Shown here in pieces: positions 19,395 to 29,446 of a stretch of DNA of 64,000 nt. The notes beneath the pieces were generated by a model. It had not been told where the DNA came from and ran no database searches. It saw only the letters and a program-made list of their open reading frames with translations. The DNA comes from Brevibacterium sandarakinum. Lineage in GTDB: Bacteria > Actinomycetota > Actinomycetes > Actinomycetales > Brevibacteriaceae. Where the stretch lies: contig NZ_JAKDJU010000002.1 of NCBI RefSeq assembly GCF_030453725.1, positions 324 through 64,323 on the forward strand. The letters are read 5' to 3'. Position numbers and translations under genes: made by a program. Each line of letters opens with the position of its first letter. The first letter of the stretch is position 1.

Positions 19395-20310
19395 ACGCTC
19401 GATCCTGGTACCTGAGGGCCTTGAAGGTCAGCGGGTGGATTTTGCGCTGTCGAAGCTGCTGGGGCTCTCTCGCACAGCAGCCGCTGACATCTGCGCAGAA
19501 GGGGGCGTGCAGCTGTCGGGACAGGTCGTCGCAAAATCGGACCGTGTCGAATCCGGGCAACGCCTCGACATCATGATGCCCGAGCCACAGCGCCCCCTGG
19601 AGGTCGTGCCGGACCCGGTCCCCGGGATGACGATCGTCCATGACGAGGAGGCCTTCGTCGTCGTCGACAAACCCGTCGGCGTCGCAGCACACCCGGCACT
19701 CGGGTGGAAGGGACAGACCGTCGTCGGCGGCCTCGCCGCCGCTGGTTTCAGAATCGCCACTTCCGGTGCGCCTGAGCGGCAGGGGATCGTTCAGCGTCTC
19801 GACGTGGGAACCTCTGGACTGATGGTCATCGCGAAGAGCGAGTACGCCTACAGCGTGCTCAAACGTGCCTTCAGGGAACGCACCGTGGAGAAGACCTATC
19901 ACGCTCTCGTCCAGGGGCTGCCCGATCCAGTGCTCGGCACCATCGACGCCCCCATCGCTCGAAACCCGCGTCATGACGGACTCTATGCCGTCCACAGTGG
20001 GGGCAAGAACGCGATCACCCATTACGAGGTCCTCGAAGCGCACAGGCGAGCATCGCTGGTGGAAGTCCACCTCGAAACCGGGCGAACCCACCAGATCCGA
20101 GTCCATTTCTCTGCGCTGAAGCGCCCCTGCGTCGGGGATCTTCCCTACGGAGCCGATCCAGCGCTGGCCAAGGATCTCCGCCTGGAACGTCAGTGGCTGC
20201 ACGCTGTCAAACTCGGATTCCATCATCCCGACTCGAACAGATGGGTCGAATTTGAGAGCGGGTACCCCGAGGACCTGCAGTACGCGATCGATCGCGTCCG
20301 CACCCCCTGA
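19387..20310 (+). CDS. rluD: RluA/RluD family 23S rRNA pseudouridine synthase
   Basis: S4 domain ([20 protein letters not shown]) and catalytic motif [12 protein letters not shown]. The ATG at 19387 overlaps the lspA end. Confidence 0.9.
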   Translation: MAERSILVPEGLEGQRVDFALSKLLGLSRTAAADICAEGGVQLSGQVVAKSDRVESGQRLDIMMPEPQRPLEVVPDPVPGMTIVHDEEAFVVVDKPVGVAAHPALGWKGQTVVGGLAAAGFRIATSGAPERQGIVQRLDVGTSGLMVIAKSEYAYSVLKRAFRERTVEKTYHALVQGLPDPVLGTIDAPIARNPRHDGLYAVHSGGKNAITHYEVLEAHRRASLVEVHLETGRTHQIRVHFSALKRPCVGDLPYGADPALAKDLRLERQWLHAVKLGFHHPDSNRWVEFESGYPEDLQYAIDRVRTP

Positions 20311-20465
20311 TCTCTGCCGGTATGAGCGCGCCCGAACGCATCAGCAGGACATCGGCGAGCGACCGCCCCTCGGACGCCGAGATGGCAGCGAAGCCCCTGC
20401 TTGTCGAGTGCCCAATGGTCTAAGCTGGGGTCGCAACACAGGTCATATCTCAGGGAAGGCTGTCA

Positions 20466-23400
20466 GTGCCGAAAGACGATTTCGTCCATCTTCACGTCCA
20501 TACCGAATACTCGATGTTGGACGGAGCAGCCCGGCTCACGGACCTGATGGCTGCGACCAATGCCTCCGGGATGTCGGCCATCGCAACCACAGACCACGGG
20601 TATCTCTTCGGGGCCTTCGACTTCTGGTCCCAGGCGACCGCTGCCGGCATCAAACCCATCATCGGCGTCGAAGCCTATGTCACTCCGGGCACGGATCGGC
20701 GTGACAAGACAAGGGTGAAGTGGCGCACGGACGAGTCGCAGAAGCGCGACGACCTCTCAGGTGGTGGCCTCTATACCCATATGACGCTGCTGTCGCGGAA
20801 CAACACCGGCATGCGCAATCTATTCAAGGCCTCCTCGCACGCCTCCCTCGACTCCGTCACCGCAAAATGGCCGCGCATCGACCAGGAACTGCTTGAGACC
20901 TACTCCGACGGTCTGCTCGCCACCACAGGCTGCCCGTCGGGCGAGGTCCAGGTTCGGCTGCGTCTGGGACAGTACGAAGAGGCCAAGGCCGCCGCGGGCA
21001 AATATCGAGAGATCTTCGGCAAAGACAACTACTACGTCGAACTCATGGATCATGGTCTCTCCATCGAGAAGCGAGTGACCAAGGACCTGATCCGTCTGTC
21101 CAAGGAAATGGACATCCCGTTGGTCGCGACCAACGACCTGCACTACACCCACGAATCCGATGCGAAGGCGCACGAAGCACTGCTGGCCATCCAGTCGGGC
21201 TCGAAGCTCATCGAACCTACCTATGACCAGGGAGGCTCGCGCTTCGCCTTCTCCGGGTCCGGTTACTATCTCAAGTCGGCAGCGGAGATGCGTGCGCTGT
21301 TCTCCGAGTTCCCCGAAGCCTGCGACAACACGCTTGAGATCGCCGAGAAGTGCGAAGTCTCCTTCGACACCTCCGCGAACTACATGCCGAAGTTCCCGTG
21401 TCCTCCTGGCGAGGACGAAACCTCCTGGCTGGTCAAAGAGGTCCAGACGGGGCTCGAATATCGGTATCCGGGAGGAATCCCCGACGATGTGCGAAAACAG
21501 GCCGACTACGAGCTCGACATCATCATCTCGATGGGCTTTCCCGGTTACTTCCTCGTCGTCGCCGACTTCATCAACTGGTCCAAGGACAACGGCATCCGGG
21601 TGGGCCCCGGGCGTGGCTCGGGTGCCGGTTCAATGGTCGCCTACGCGATGCGCATCACCGACCTCGATCCGCTCAAACACGGGCTCTTCTTCGAGCGGTT
21701 CCTCAACCCCGACCGCGTCTCCATGCCCGACTTCGACGTCGACTTCGATGATCGTCGCCGCGGCGAGGTCATCGACTATGTGACACGGAAATACGGTGAC
21801 GAACGTGTGGCGATGATCGTCACCTACGGCACGATCAAGACGAAGATGGCGCTCAAGGACTCCGCACGAGTCCTCGGCAAGCCCTTCTCCATGGGCGAGC
21901 GTCTGACCAAAGCCCTGCCGCCGGCCGAGATGGCCAAGGACATTCCGCTGGCCGAGATCGAAGACCCCGAATCGAAGAGGTACAACGAGGCGGGGGAGTT
22001 CAGATCCTTCGTCGACTCGGACACTGAGGCGCGCGAGACCTTTGAGACCGCAAAGGGCATCGAGGGACTGAAACGGCAGTGGGGCGTCCACGCAGCCGGG
22101 GTGATCATGTCCTCCGACCCGATCATCGACGTCATCCCGATCATGCGCCGCTTCCAGGACGGGCAGGTCATCACCCAGTTCGACTATCCCACGTCGGAGG
22201 GCCTGGGACTGATCAAGATGGACTTCCTGGGGCTGCGAAACCTCACGATCATCTCCGACGCAGTGGAGAACATCAAGTCCAACCGCGACTATGACCTCGA
22301 CCTCGAGCACCTCGACCTGGAGGACCGGGGCGCCTATGAGCTGCTCTCCCGTGGCGACACACTGGGCGTGTTCCAGCTCGATGGTGGTGGCCTGCGTGCT
22401 CTGCTGCGGCTGATGAAGCCGGACAACTTCGAAGACATCTCGGCGACGATCGCCCTCTACCGTCCGGGGCCGATGGGCGCCGACTCCCATACGAACTTCG
22501 CCCTGCGCAAGAATGGTCAGCAGGAGGTCACTCCGATCCATCCGGAGCTCGAGGAGCCGCTCGAGGACATCCTCGGCACGACCTACGGTCTCATCATCTA
22601 TCAGGAGCAGGTGATGGCGATCGCGCAAAAGGTCGCCGGCTATTCGCTGGGCCAAGCAGATATTCTGCGCCGTGCCATGGGCAAGAAGAAGAAGTCCGAG
22701 CTGGACAAGCAGCAGGTGGGCTTCTTCGGAGGAATGAAGGAGCGCGGGTTCTCCGAGGCCGCCGCTCAGGCGCTCTGGGACATCCTGCTGCCCTTCTCCG
22801 ACTACGCATTCAACAAGGCGCACTCGGCCGCCTACGGCCTCGTGTCCTACTGGACGGCGTTCCTCAAGGCCCACTACACGGCGGAGTACATGGCCGCCCT
22901 GCTCACCTCGGTGGGCGACAACAAGGACAAACTGGCCATCTACCTCAACGAGTGCCGACGATTGGGCATCACGGTGCAGCCGCCCGATGTCAACGACTCC
23001 GCTCTGCACTTCACCCCGGTCGGTGAGGACATCCGCTTCGGCATGGGCGCGGTCCGCAACGTCGGTGCCAATGTCGTCGACGGAATCGTCGAGGCCCGGA
23101 ATGAGAAGGGCAGCTACACCTCCTTCACGGACTTCCTCGACAAGGTGCCCAGCCACGTATGCAACAAGCGCACGATCGAATCACTCATCAAGGCCGGCGG
23201 CTTCGATTCTTTGGGCCAGACCCGCAGATCACTCGTCGAAGTGCATGAGGAGGCCGTGGATTCGGTCATCGGAGTCAAACGTCAGGAGGCCAACGGCCAA
23301 TTCGACCTGTTCGCAGGTCTCGGCGGAGACGATGACGAGCCGAGCTTCTCCGTGGCGATCCCCGAACGGCCCGAATGGGAGAAGAAGGAGAAGCTGTCCT

Positions 23401-24023
23401 TCGAGCGCGACATGATCGGTCTCTACGTCTCCGACCATCCCCTCAACGGTCTCGAAGGCGTCCTGGCGGCCGAGTCGGAGGCCTCCATCGCCGAGGTGGT
23501 GGATCCGGAATCCCACCGGCACGACGGATCGCAGGTCAAGATCTGCGGAATGATCACTCAGGTCACCCGCAAGGTCTCGAAGAACTCGGGCAAACCCTAC
23601 GCGATCGTGAACGTTGAGGACCTCAATGCCGAAGTGGAGGTCATGTTCTTCGGTGACACCTACGAACCCGTGGCGAGCCTGCTGGCCACCGACCTCGTCA
23701 TCTCGCTGACCGGTCGGATCCGTCATTCCGACGACAGACCGACGTCGATGATGGCGATGTCGATGACGATCCCCGATGTCACGGATCCGAAGGACCGGCC
23801 CCTCAATCTCCTGCTCCCGATGGAGAAGGCGACGGAGGAGATGGCGTCGAAGCTGCTGCGGGTCCTCGAATCGCACAAGGGGCAGACCGATGTGCACCTG
23901 GTCCTCTCACAGCCGGGCAGGCAGACGGTGATGCGGCTGGATCGTGCCATCCGAGTCGACCCGAATCCGAGTCTCTACGGTGACCTCAAAGCACTGTTGG
24001 GCTCTCGCTGTCTGACCGCCTGA
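20466..24023 (+). CDS. dnaE: DNA polymerase III alpha subunit
   Basis: 1185 aa with a GTG start. PHP domain FVHLHVHTEYSMLDGA, polymerase core FPGYFLVVADF and PDFDVDF, and a C-terminal OB fold. Confidence 0.97.
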   Translation: MPKDDFVHLHVHTEYSMLDGAARLTDLMAATNASGMSAIATTDHGYLFGAFDFWSQATAAGIKPIIGVEAYVTPGTDRRDKTRVKWRTDESQKRDDLSGGGLYTHMTLLSRNNTGMRNLFKASSHASLDSVTAKWPRIDQELLETYSDGLLATTGCPSGEVQVRLRLGQYEEAKAAAGKYREIFGKDNYYVELMDHGLSIEKRVTKDLIRLSKEMDIPLVATNDLHYTHESDAKAHEALLAIQSGSKLIEPTYDQGGSRFAFSGSGYYLKSAAEMRALFSEFPEACDNTLEIAEKCEVSFDTSANYMPKFPCPPGEDETSWLVKEVQTGLEYRYPGGIPDDVRKQADYELDIIISMGFPGYFLVVADFINWSKDNGIRVGPGRGSGAGSMVAYAMRITDLDPLKHGLFFERFLNPDRVSMPDFDVDFDDRRRGEVIDYVTRKYGDERVAMIVTYGTIKTKMALKDSARVLGKPFSMGERLTKALPPAEMAKDIPLAEIEDPESKRYNEAGEFRSFVDSDTEARETFETAKGIEGLKRQWGVHAAGVIMSSDPIIDVIPIMRRFQDGQVITQFDYPTSEGLGLIKMDFLGLRNLTIISDAVENIKSNRDYDLDLEHLDLEDRGAYELLSRGDTLGVFQLDGGGLRALLRLMKPDNFEDISATIALYRPGPMGADSHTNFALRKNGQQEVTPIHPELEEPLEDILGTTYGLIIYQEQVMAIAQKVAGYSLGQADILRRAMGKKKKSELDKQQVGFFGGMKERGFSEAAAQALWDILLPFSDYAFNKAHSAAYGLVSYWTAFLKAHYTAEYMAALLTSVGDNKDKLAIYLNECRRLGITVQPPDVNDSALHFTPVGEDIRFGMGAVRNVGANVVDGIVEARNEKGSYTSFTDFLDKVPSHVCNKRTIESLIKAGGFDSLGQTRRSLVEVHEEAVDSVIGVKRQEANGQFDLFAGLGGDDDEPSFSVAIPERPEWEKKEKLSFERDMIGLYVSDHPLNGLEGVLAAESEASIAEVVDPESHRHDGSQVKICGMITQVTRKVSKNSGKPYAIVNVEDLNAEVEVMFFGDTYEPVASLLATDLVISLTGRIRHSDDRPTSMMAMSMTIPDVTDPKDRPLNLLLPMEKATEEMASKLLRVLESHKGQTDVHLVLSQPGRQTVMRLDRAIRVDPNPSLYGDLKALLGSRCLTA

Positions 24024-24083
24024 GGCACTGTCCGACTGCCTGATCCGGAGGCAGGGCGAATCGGTGAAGGGACGGGGACTAGA

Positions 24084-25394
24084 ATGGTGCGAGTGAACAT
24101 TCTGGACTTCCGCGGCGAGCGACTGACCAAGAGATTCCTCAAGCAGAGACTGCCCCGTGCCGCCGAGACGCATGCCGATATCGAACGACGAGTGGCTGGG
24201 CTGCTGAGCGAGGTGCAGTCCGGGGGCACTCGTGCCGTGAAGGAGTTCACAGCGAGATTCGACTCCGTGGAGCTCGAGACGCTGCGGGTTCCGGTCTCCG
24301 AGCTGAAGCGCGCCGAGGCCGAGCTGGACCCTGCCGTCAAAGCGGCACTGGTCGAATCGATCTCCCGCGCCAGGAAGGTCGCCCACGATCAGCGCCCCGA
24401 CGATGTCCGCACCGAACTGTCCTCCGGGGCTCATGTGACGACACGTCACCTGCCGATCGAACGCGTCGGTCTCTATGTGCCCGGCGGGCTGGCCGTCTAT
24501 CCCTCGACCGTGGTGATGAATGTCGTGCCGGCACAGGCCGCGGGCTCTGCCTCGTTGGCGATCGCCAGTCCGCCCCAGAGCAACGGGCTGCCCCACCCCA
24601 CGGTCCTCGCCACTGCTCACATCCTCGGCGTCGATGAGGTCTGGGCCATGGGCGGTGCTCAGGCCATCGGTGCTCTTGCCTACGGCCTCGACGATGACGA
24701 GGAGCTGGCACCTGTCGACCTGATCACAGGTCCGGGCAACGCCTACGTCGCTGCCGCGAAATCGCTCATGCGAACCCAGGTGGGCATCGACGCCGTCGCC
24801 GGACCCACTGAAATCATCATTCTGGCCGATTCGACGGCGGATCCGGCGTTCGTCGCCGCCGATCTCATCAGCCAAGCAGAACACGACGAACTCGCAGCCT
24901 CCGTTCTCGTCACAGACTCGACCGATCTGTCCGCACGTGTGCGGGAGGAGCTTCTCGCCCAGGTTCCTGCCGCAGTCCACCACGAGCGGATCGACACCGC
25001 ACTGTCGGGTCAGCAGTCGGCCATCGTCCTCGTCGACGATCTGGCCTCGGGCATCGACGTCGTCAACGGGTACGCCGGAGAACATGTCGAGGTCCACACC
25101 GCCGAGGCTCATGCGGTTGCCGCACGGATCACCAACGGGGGAGCGGTGTTCGTCGGTGACTGGGCACCGGTGTCGCTGGGCGACTACTGCGCAGGATCGA
25201 ACCACGTCCTGCCCACGATGGGAACTGCCGCCCACGGCTCCGGCCTCGGAGTGCACTCATTCATCAAGGTCAGCCAGGTCATCGATTATGACCGTTCGGC
25301 GCTGGCCGAGGTTGCCGACCACATCGAGGTGCTGGCCGACAGCGAAGCGCTGCCCGCTCACGGTCGGGCCGTGAGCATCCGGTTCGAGGAGTAG
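24084..25394 (+). CDS. hisD: Histidinol dehydrogenase
   Basis: 436 aa. Motifs [24 protein letters not shown] and HVLPT. Confidence 0.95.
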   Translation: MVRVNILDFRGERLTKRFLKQRLPRAAETHADIERRVAGLLSEVQSGGTRAVKEFTARFDSVELETLRVPVSELKRAEAELDPAVKAALVESISRARKVAHDQRPDDVRTELSSGAHVTTRHLPIERVGLYVPGGLAVYPSTVVMNVVPAQAAGSASLAIASPPQSNGLPHPTVLATAHILGVDEVWAMGGAQAIGALAYGLDDDEELAPVDLITGPGNAYVAAAKSLMRTQVGIDAVAGPTEIIILADSTADPAFVAADLISQAEHDELAASVLVTDSTDLSARVREELLAQVPAAVHHERIDTALSGQQSAIVLVDDLASGIDVVNGYAGEHVEVHTAEAHAVAARITNGGAVFVGDWAPVSLGDYCAGSNHVLPTMGTAAHGSGLGVHSFIKVSQVIDYDRSALAEVADHIEVLADSEALPAHGRAVSIRFEE

Positions 25395-25396
25395 AG

Positions 25397-25894
25397 ATGC
25401 GTTGTCCATTCTGTCGTGAATCAGATTCCCGAGTCGTCGATTCACGGACCAGCGAAGATGGTGCCGCGATCCGTCGCAGGCGTCAGTGCCGACATTGCGG
25501 ACGCCGCTTCACGACCATGGAGGCGACCAGCCTCTCCGTGATCAAGCGCTCGGGCGTGACGGAGGAGTTCTCACGTCAGAAGATCATGTCCGGTGTGCGC
25601 AAGGCGTGTCAGGGGCGACCGGTCAATGACGACGATCTGGCGAAGCTGGCGCAGAAGGTCGAAGAGGACATTCGCTCCAAAGGGATCGCCGAGATCGACG
25701 CCGACGAGGTGGGACTGAGCATCCTTGATCCCCTGCGCGAACTCGACCAGGTCGCCTACCTGCGGTTCGCCAGCGTCTACCAGGGATTCGACTCACTCGA
25801 AGACTTCGAAGCGGCGATCGACTCACTGCGTGCCGATGCGGCTCTGAAATCGGGAGATGCCAGGCAGGCGATGCCCGAAGATTTCCAAGCCTGA
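25397..25894 (+). CDS. nrdR: Transcriptional repressor NrdR
   Basis: 165 aa. [17 protein letters not shown]...[10 protein letters not shown] zinc ribbon plus an ATP-cone. Confidence 0.95.
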   Translation: MRCPFCRESDSRVVDSRTSEDGAAIRRRRQCRHCGRRFTTMEATSLSVIKRSGVTEEFSRQKIMSGVRKACQGRPVNDDDLAKLAQKVEEDIRSKGIAEIDADEVGLSILDPLRELDQVAYLRFASVYQGFDSLEDFEAAIDSLRADAALKSGDARQAMPEDFQA

Positions 25895-25955
25895 GAAAAT
25901 CACCCCCAGAAATCTGTGAGCGGAGTAGTCCAGCACACCGATTCTTGTGTAACAT

Positions 25956-26032
25956 TGACAGTGCGCGCTTCGGCGCGCGGCCGCTTGCGGTTCGGAGGGG
26001 AAGCCGAACCGTCAAGCGGCCCTTTACTGTCA
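25956..26032 (+). ncRNA. Candidate structured RNA element (three-way junction) in the nrdR 3' region
   Basis: Read from the sequence. P1 is TGACAGT/ACTGTCA (7 bp). P2 is GCGCGC-TTCG-GCGCGC. P3 is GGCCGCTTGCGGTTCGG / CCGAACCG-T-CAAGCGGCC (17 bp, one bulge, 8-nt loop AGGGGAAG). No family assignment is possible. Confidence 0.3.
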
Positions 26033-26108
26033 TCGCTCGGGCAGATGAGTATGCACTCCTGGGCAGCAGATCCGGCGGACTTCGCAGACGAGTCCGCGCA
26101 GAGTCAAA

Positions 26109-26146
26109 CACAGGGCGCATCGGAGATGACTCCGATGCGCCCTGTG
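26109..26146. terminator. Strong hairpin between convergent nrdR and helD (17-bp perfect stem, ATGA loop)
   Basis: CACAGGGCGCATCGGAG-ATGA-CTCCGATGCGCCCTGTG. On the minus strand it is followed by TTTGACTC, so it probably terminates helD. Confidence 0.6.
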
Positions 26147-26193
26147 CTCTGCGTCCGTTCAGATGTGCTGAACGCGCGGGAGGCCGCGCTGAT

Positions 26194-28404
26194 TCAGCCG
26201 GCGATGAGCTCTGCCAGTTCGGTCGGCGCGGCGGCCAGGATCCGCAGCCGATCCGTCGTTCGCGTCAGCGACACGTAGAGCGCGCCGACCCCATCCTCGT
26301 GATTCTCGGGTGCGATCAGTCCGGGTTCGACGATGACGACTGAATCGAATTCGAGTCCCTTCGCCTGCTGCGGAGTGATGACTGCGATCTGATGGTCGAG
26401 GCCGGTGACCGAACGGCCGATGTCGAAGTCGGCGAGCACCTCGGCGACGGAATCGATGAGGCCGAGGGGCGCGATCACGGCGATCTTGCCGCCGCCCACG
26501 GATTCGACCTCGTCCTTCACAGTGGGAACAAGAGCACTGATCGCCTCCTGCGCCGAGGTGAACGATTCCATCCGCGGATCGGGGCCGCCCTGCCGGACGG
26601 ATTCGACGAGTTCGAGCTGCGGGAAATGACGATGCAGGTAACGGTTGGCCAGATCCATCACCGACTGCGGCGTTCGGTAGGAGACTGTGAGCTCCTGGAG
26701 GGCGTAGCGATCTCCCACGAATTCGGACAGAATGGAATGCCAGGTCCGGGTGTTGTCCACATGCGAGGACTGGGCCAGGTCTCCCACCACCGTGGCGGAC
26801 TTCGAGGGAACCCGGCGGAAGAGCACGCGCCACTGCATGGGGGAGAGCTCCTGAGCCTCGTCGACGACGAGATGGCCGTAGGTCCACTCGCGGTCGTCAA
26901 GCGCCCTCTCCGCCAGCGTGATCGTCGGACCTTCCTCCTCCCACCTGGCGGCCAGGGTCTCCGCGTCGATGAGGGACGAAGTGTCCGTCATCTCGAGGAC
27001 CGCTTCGGCGTACTCCCGAGCGGACTCGTCGCGCGCAGCGGACTGCTGCGGACTGCTGCCGAGCAGCTCCGCGAGCTCGTCGAGGAGGGGAACGTCGGAA
27101 ATGGTGAGCTCGGCATCGGCCGGGCGGAGCAGCATCTCCTGATCCGCGGGTGAGAGCAGGTGTCCGGCAGCGGCCTGCAGTTTGTGGGGTTTGGTCAGCA
27201 GCGCACGCAGCGCCGCAGCAGGACTGATCGGGAACCAGGCGAGGTTGAGAGCGCGACGCACATCCACGCTCGAGCGCAGCTCCTCCATCAGCTCCGGCAG
27301 TCTTTCCCCAGCACCGTCGAGGCCCATCTCCCGTGCCAGATCCTCCGCGAGGGTCTTGAGCAGTCCGGAGACGAACCCGTTCCGGGCAGCGTTGTGAGCA
27401 TCTCCGGTGCGGCGTGCTCGATCGCGCGCTCCACGCACGTCGCGGCGGCGCAGCCAGATGGTGTGCGAGCCGACACGCAGCTCTACGTCCTGGTCCGGGA
27501 CCCGCTCGTAGTTGGCGATGTGATTCTTCAGCACCGCCGCCATCTCTGTCCGACCCTTGATCACCGCCACGTTCGTGTCATCACTGACCTCGGTGTCGAG
27601 CCCGGGGTAGAGCTGTCCGGGCGTGAGCAGAAGCGCACCGGTCTCGCCGAGGCTGGGCAGAACCTTCTCGATGTACTTGAGGAACACGGGGGAGGGCCCG
27701 ACGAGCAGCACACCCGATTTGGCGATGCGCTCCCGGTGGCGATAGAGGAGGAAGGCCGCGCGGTGGAGCGCCACCGCCGTCTTTCCTGTACCCGGTCCGC
27801 CTTGGACCACGAGCACACCCTGGAGCGGCTGGCGGATGATGGCATCCTGCTCGGCCTGGATGGTCGCGACGATATCGCCCATCCGCCCGGTGCGGTGGTT
27901 GGTCAGGGCCGCGATCAGCGCCCCCTCGCCCTGCAGATTCGACCGCTGCGCATCGTCGAGAGCTTCGATGTCGAGCACATCGTCCTCGAGGTCTGTGACA
28001 GCGCGGTTCTTCGTCACCAGATGGCGACGCCGCACGACTCCCGCCGGACTGGCAGCAGTCGACTGATAGAACCGTTCCGAGGCCGGTGCCCGCCAGTCGA
28101 TGAGGATCTGCTGACGGTCGGCATCGGTGAGTCCGATCCGTCCGATGTAGCTGGGCTCCGCGTCTGATTTGAAGTCGAGCCGGCCGAAGCACAGGCCGTC
28201 TTCGGCACTGTTGAGCCGTATCAGCTGGTCCTCATACAGAGTCGCGAACGCATCCCGCTCACTGCGGTGCTGGTGATTGCCGCCGACTTCGGAGATCCTC
28301 ACCGTGCTCAGTCGGGCCGTCGCCTCATCCCGCAATTCGTCGAGTCGTGCATAGAGCTCGTCAAGCTTGTCCTGCTCGACGCGTATTTCTGAAGTCTCGG
28401 TCAT
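26194..28404 (-). CDS. helD: HelD-type UvrD-like ATPase (RNA polymerase recycling factor / DNA helicase IV family)
   Basis: 736 aa. The N-terminal coiled-coil region is followed by YIGRIGL and WRAPASERFY. Walker A is GGPGTGKTAVALHRAAFL, and a UvrD-like C-terminal domain follows (VVDEAQELSP, KGLEFDSVVIV). Confidence 0.8.
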   Translation of the reverse strand: MTETSEIRVEQDKLDELYARLDELRDEATARLSTVRISEVGGNHQHRSERDAFATLYEDQLIRLNSAEDGLCFGRLDFKSDAEPSYIGRIGLTDADRQQILIDWRAPASERFYQSTAASPAGVVRRRHLVTKNRAVTDLEDDVLDIEALDDAQRSNLQGEGALIAALTNHRTGRMGDIVATIQAEQDAIIRQPLQGVLVVQGGPGTGKTAVALHRAAFLLYRHRERIAKSGVLLVGPSPVFLKYIEKVLPSLGETGALLLTPGQLYPGLDTEVSDDTNVAVIKGRTEMAAVLKNHIANYERVPDQDVELRVGSHTIWLRRRDVRGARDRARRTGDAHNAARNGFVSGLLKTLAEDLAREMGLDGAGERLPELMEELRSSVDVRRALNLAWFPISPAAALRALLTKPHKLQAAAGHLLSPADQEMLLRPADAELTISDVPLLDELAELLGSSPQQSAARDESAREYAEAVLEMTDTSSLIDAETLAARWEEEGPTITLAERALDDREWTYGHLVVDEAQELSPMQWRVLFRRVPSKSATVVGDLAQSSHVDNTRTWHSILSEFVGDRYALQELTVSYRTPQSVMDLANRYLHRHFPQLELVESVRQGGPDPRMESFTSAQEAISALVPTVKDEVESVGGGKIAVIAPLGLIDSVAEVLADFDIGRSVTGLDHQIAVITPQQAKGLEFDSVVIVEPGLIAPENHEDGVGALYVSLTRTTDRLRILAAAPTELAELIAG

Positions 28405-28490
28405 CTCACCTTCCCAATCGGCATTCCATTATGCCGAACTTTTCCCACCGGGAGTAGTTGGAAGCAATGATTCATGCCTGGTGTGTTCCG

Positions 28491-29282
28491 TCACAGGCCC
28501 AATCGCGATTTCAGATCCTGCCCTGTGAGGAAGGTCGCCATCGTCGCCGCAGTGCGCAGGCTCCTGTCGAGTTCGGGAATGCGCAGTGGGGAATTCGCGG
28601 CGATGACGACCACGTTTCCGCGTCTGCGACCCTTGAGGATTCCCGGCTCGGCTGCCGCAGCGACATGGTCGAAGGCGGAGCCCAGCAGTTCAAGCTCGGC
28701 CCTGAGGACGCGGTGATCGCCGGCATCGGGGACGTTGGCGATGTAGACACCCGAGTCTTTGAGGATGCGTGCACAGGTGGTGAAGAATTCCGACGTCTGC
28801 AGACCCGGAGGCACAGAGTCGTGATCGAAGGCGTCACGGACGAGAACGTCGAGGGTGTCGGGACGGAACTTCTCGGCTTCGACAGCGCCGTCTCCGGGAC
28901 GCAGGGCCAGCCCGGGGGAGCGGGGCAGATCGAACCAGGTGCGCGAGTAGTCGAGAAGAACCGGGTCGATGTCGATCGCCGTCTGCTTCGAACCCGGGCG
29001 CCCAGCATGGAGGGCCCGGGCGAGTGCGCATCCGGCGGCCCCGATATGGACCGCTCGCAGCGGACCGGGTGCGAACTGGACGTCGATGATCCGCGACATC
29101 CAATCCAGATACTCGAAGTCCAGACGCATCGGCTCGCTCAGAGTGATCGACGAGGACGGCACTCCATTGACATGGAGGACGTAACTGTCGGCCTCACCGT
29201 CGACCTTCTCCAGACGCGCGGTTCCGGTCGAGATCTCGACGACTTGTGAGCCGGGTGCTGTGTAAATCCGTCGTTTCGCCAC
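28491..29282 (-). CDS. Spermidine synthase-like class I SAM-dependent methyltransferase-fold protein
   Basis: 263 aa. The pattern LHVNGVPSS...YLDWM...HIGAAGCALARAL...IDIDPVLL...VLVRDAF resembles spermine/spermidine synthase-like proteins. Assignment is from memory only. Confidence 0.55.
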   Translation of the reverse strand: MAKRRIYTAPGSQVVEISTGTARLEKVDGEADSYVLHVNGVPSSSITLSEPMRLDFEYLDWMSRIIDVQFAPGPLRAVHIGAAGCALARALHAGRPGSKQTAIDIDPVLLDYSRTWFDLPRSPGLALRPGDGAVEAEKFRPDTLDVLVRDAFDHDSVPPGLQTSEFFTTCARILKDSGVYIANVPDAGDHRVLRAELELLGSAFDHVAAAAEPGILKGRRRGNVVVIAANSPLRIPELDRSLRTAATMATFLTGQDLKSRLGL

Positions 29283-29446
29283 CCCTCACTTGTATGCCAG
29301 ATGCGCCGCGGTGGCAATTCTGCGCGACTTGGCGTGGGGATATCGGCCCGCACTCGTGTGCATTCGGGCTGTGGACACTGTCGTCGTTTCCACATGCGCA
29401 ATCTTCGCTCTGGTCAATCCGGCGGGGGAGGAGCTGAAGTGATGCC

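Noticed and set aside
25956-26032. Considered whether the three-way junction is a tRNA or tRNA-like element (7-bp closing stem, about 77 nt), or the actinobacterial 6C RNA on the minus strand (CTTCCCCT loop).
   Set aside because: It has only three helices, no T-loop (GTTCGAATC-type) or D-loop features, and one arm is 17 bp, so it is not a tRNA. As I recall it, 6C RNA has two hairpins each with a C-rich loop; here only one loop would be C-rich and the other is a 4-nt CGAA.
26194-28404. HelD as a rifamycin-resistance HelR-type or defence-related helicase.
   Set aside because: The gene sits in a conserved housekeeping context, 86 nt downstream of another gene on the same strand. I see no conspicuous inverted repeat of the rifamycin-associated-element kind upstream. 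Sequence alone cannot distinguish HelR from housekeeping HelD, so no resistance claim is made.
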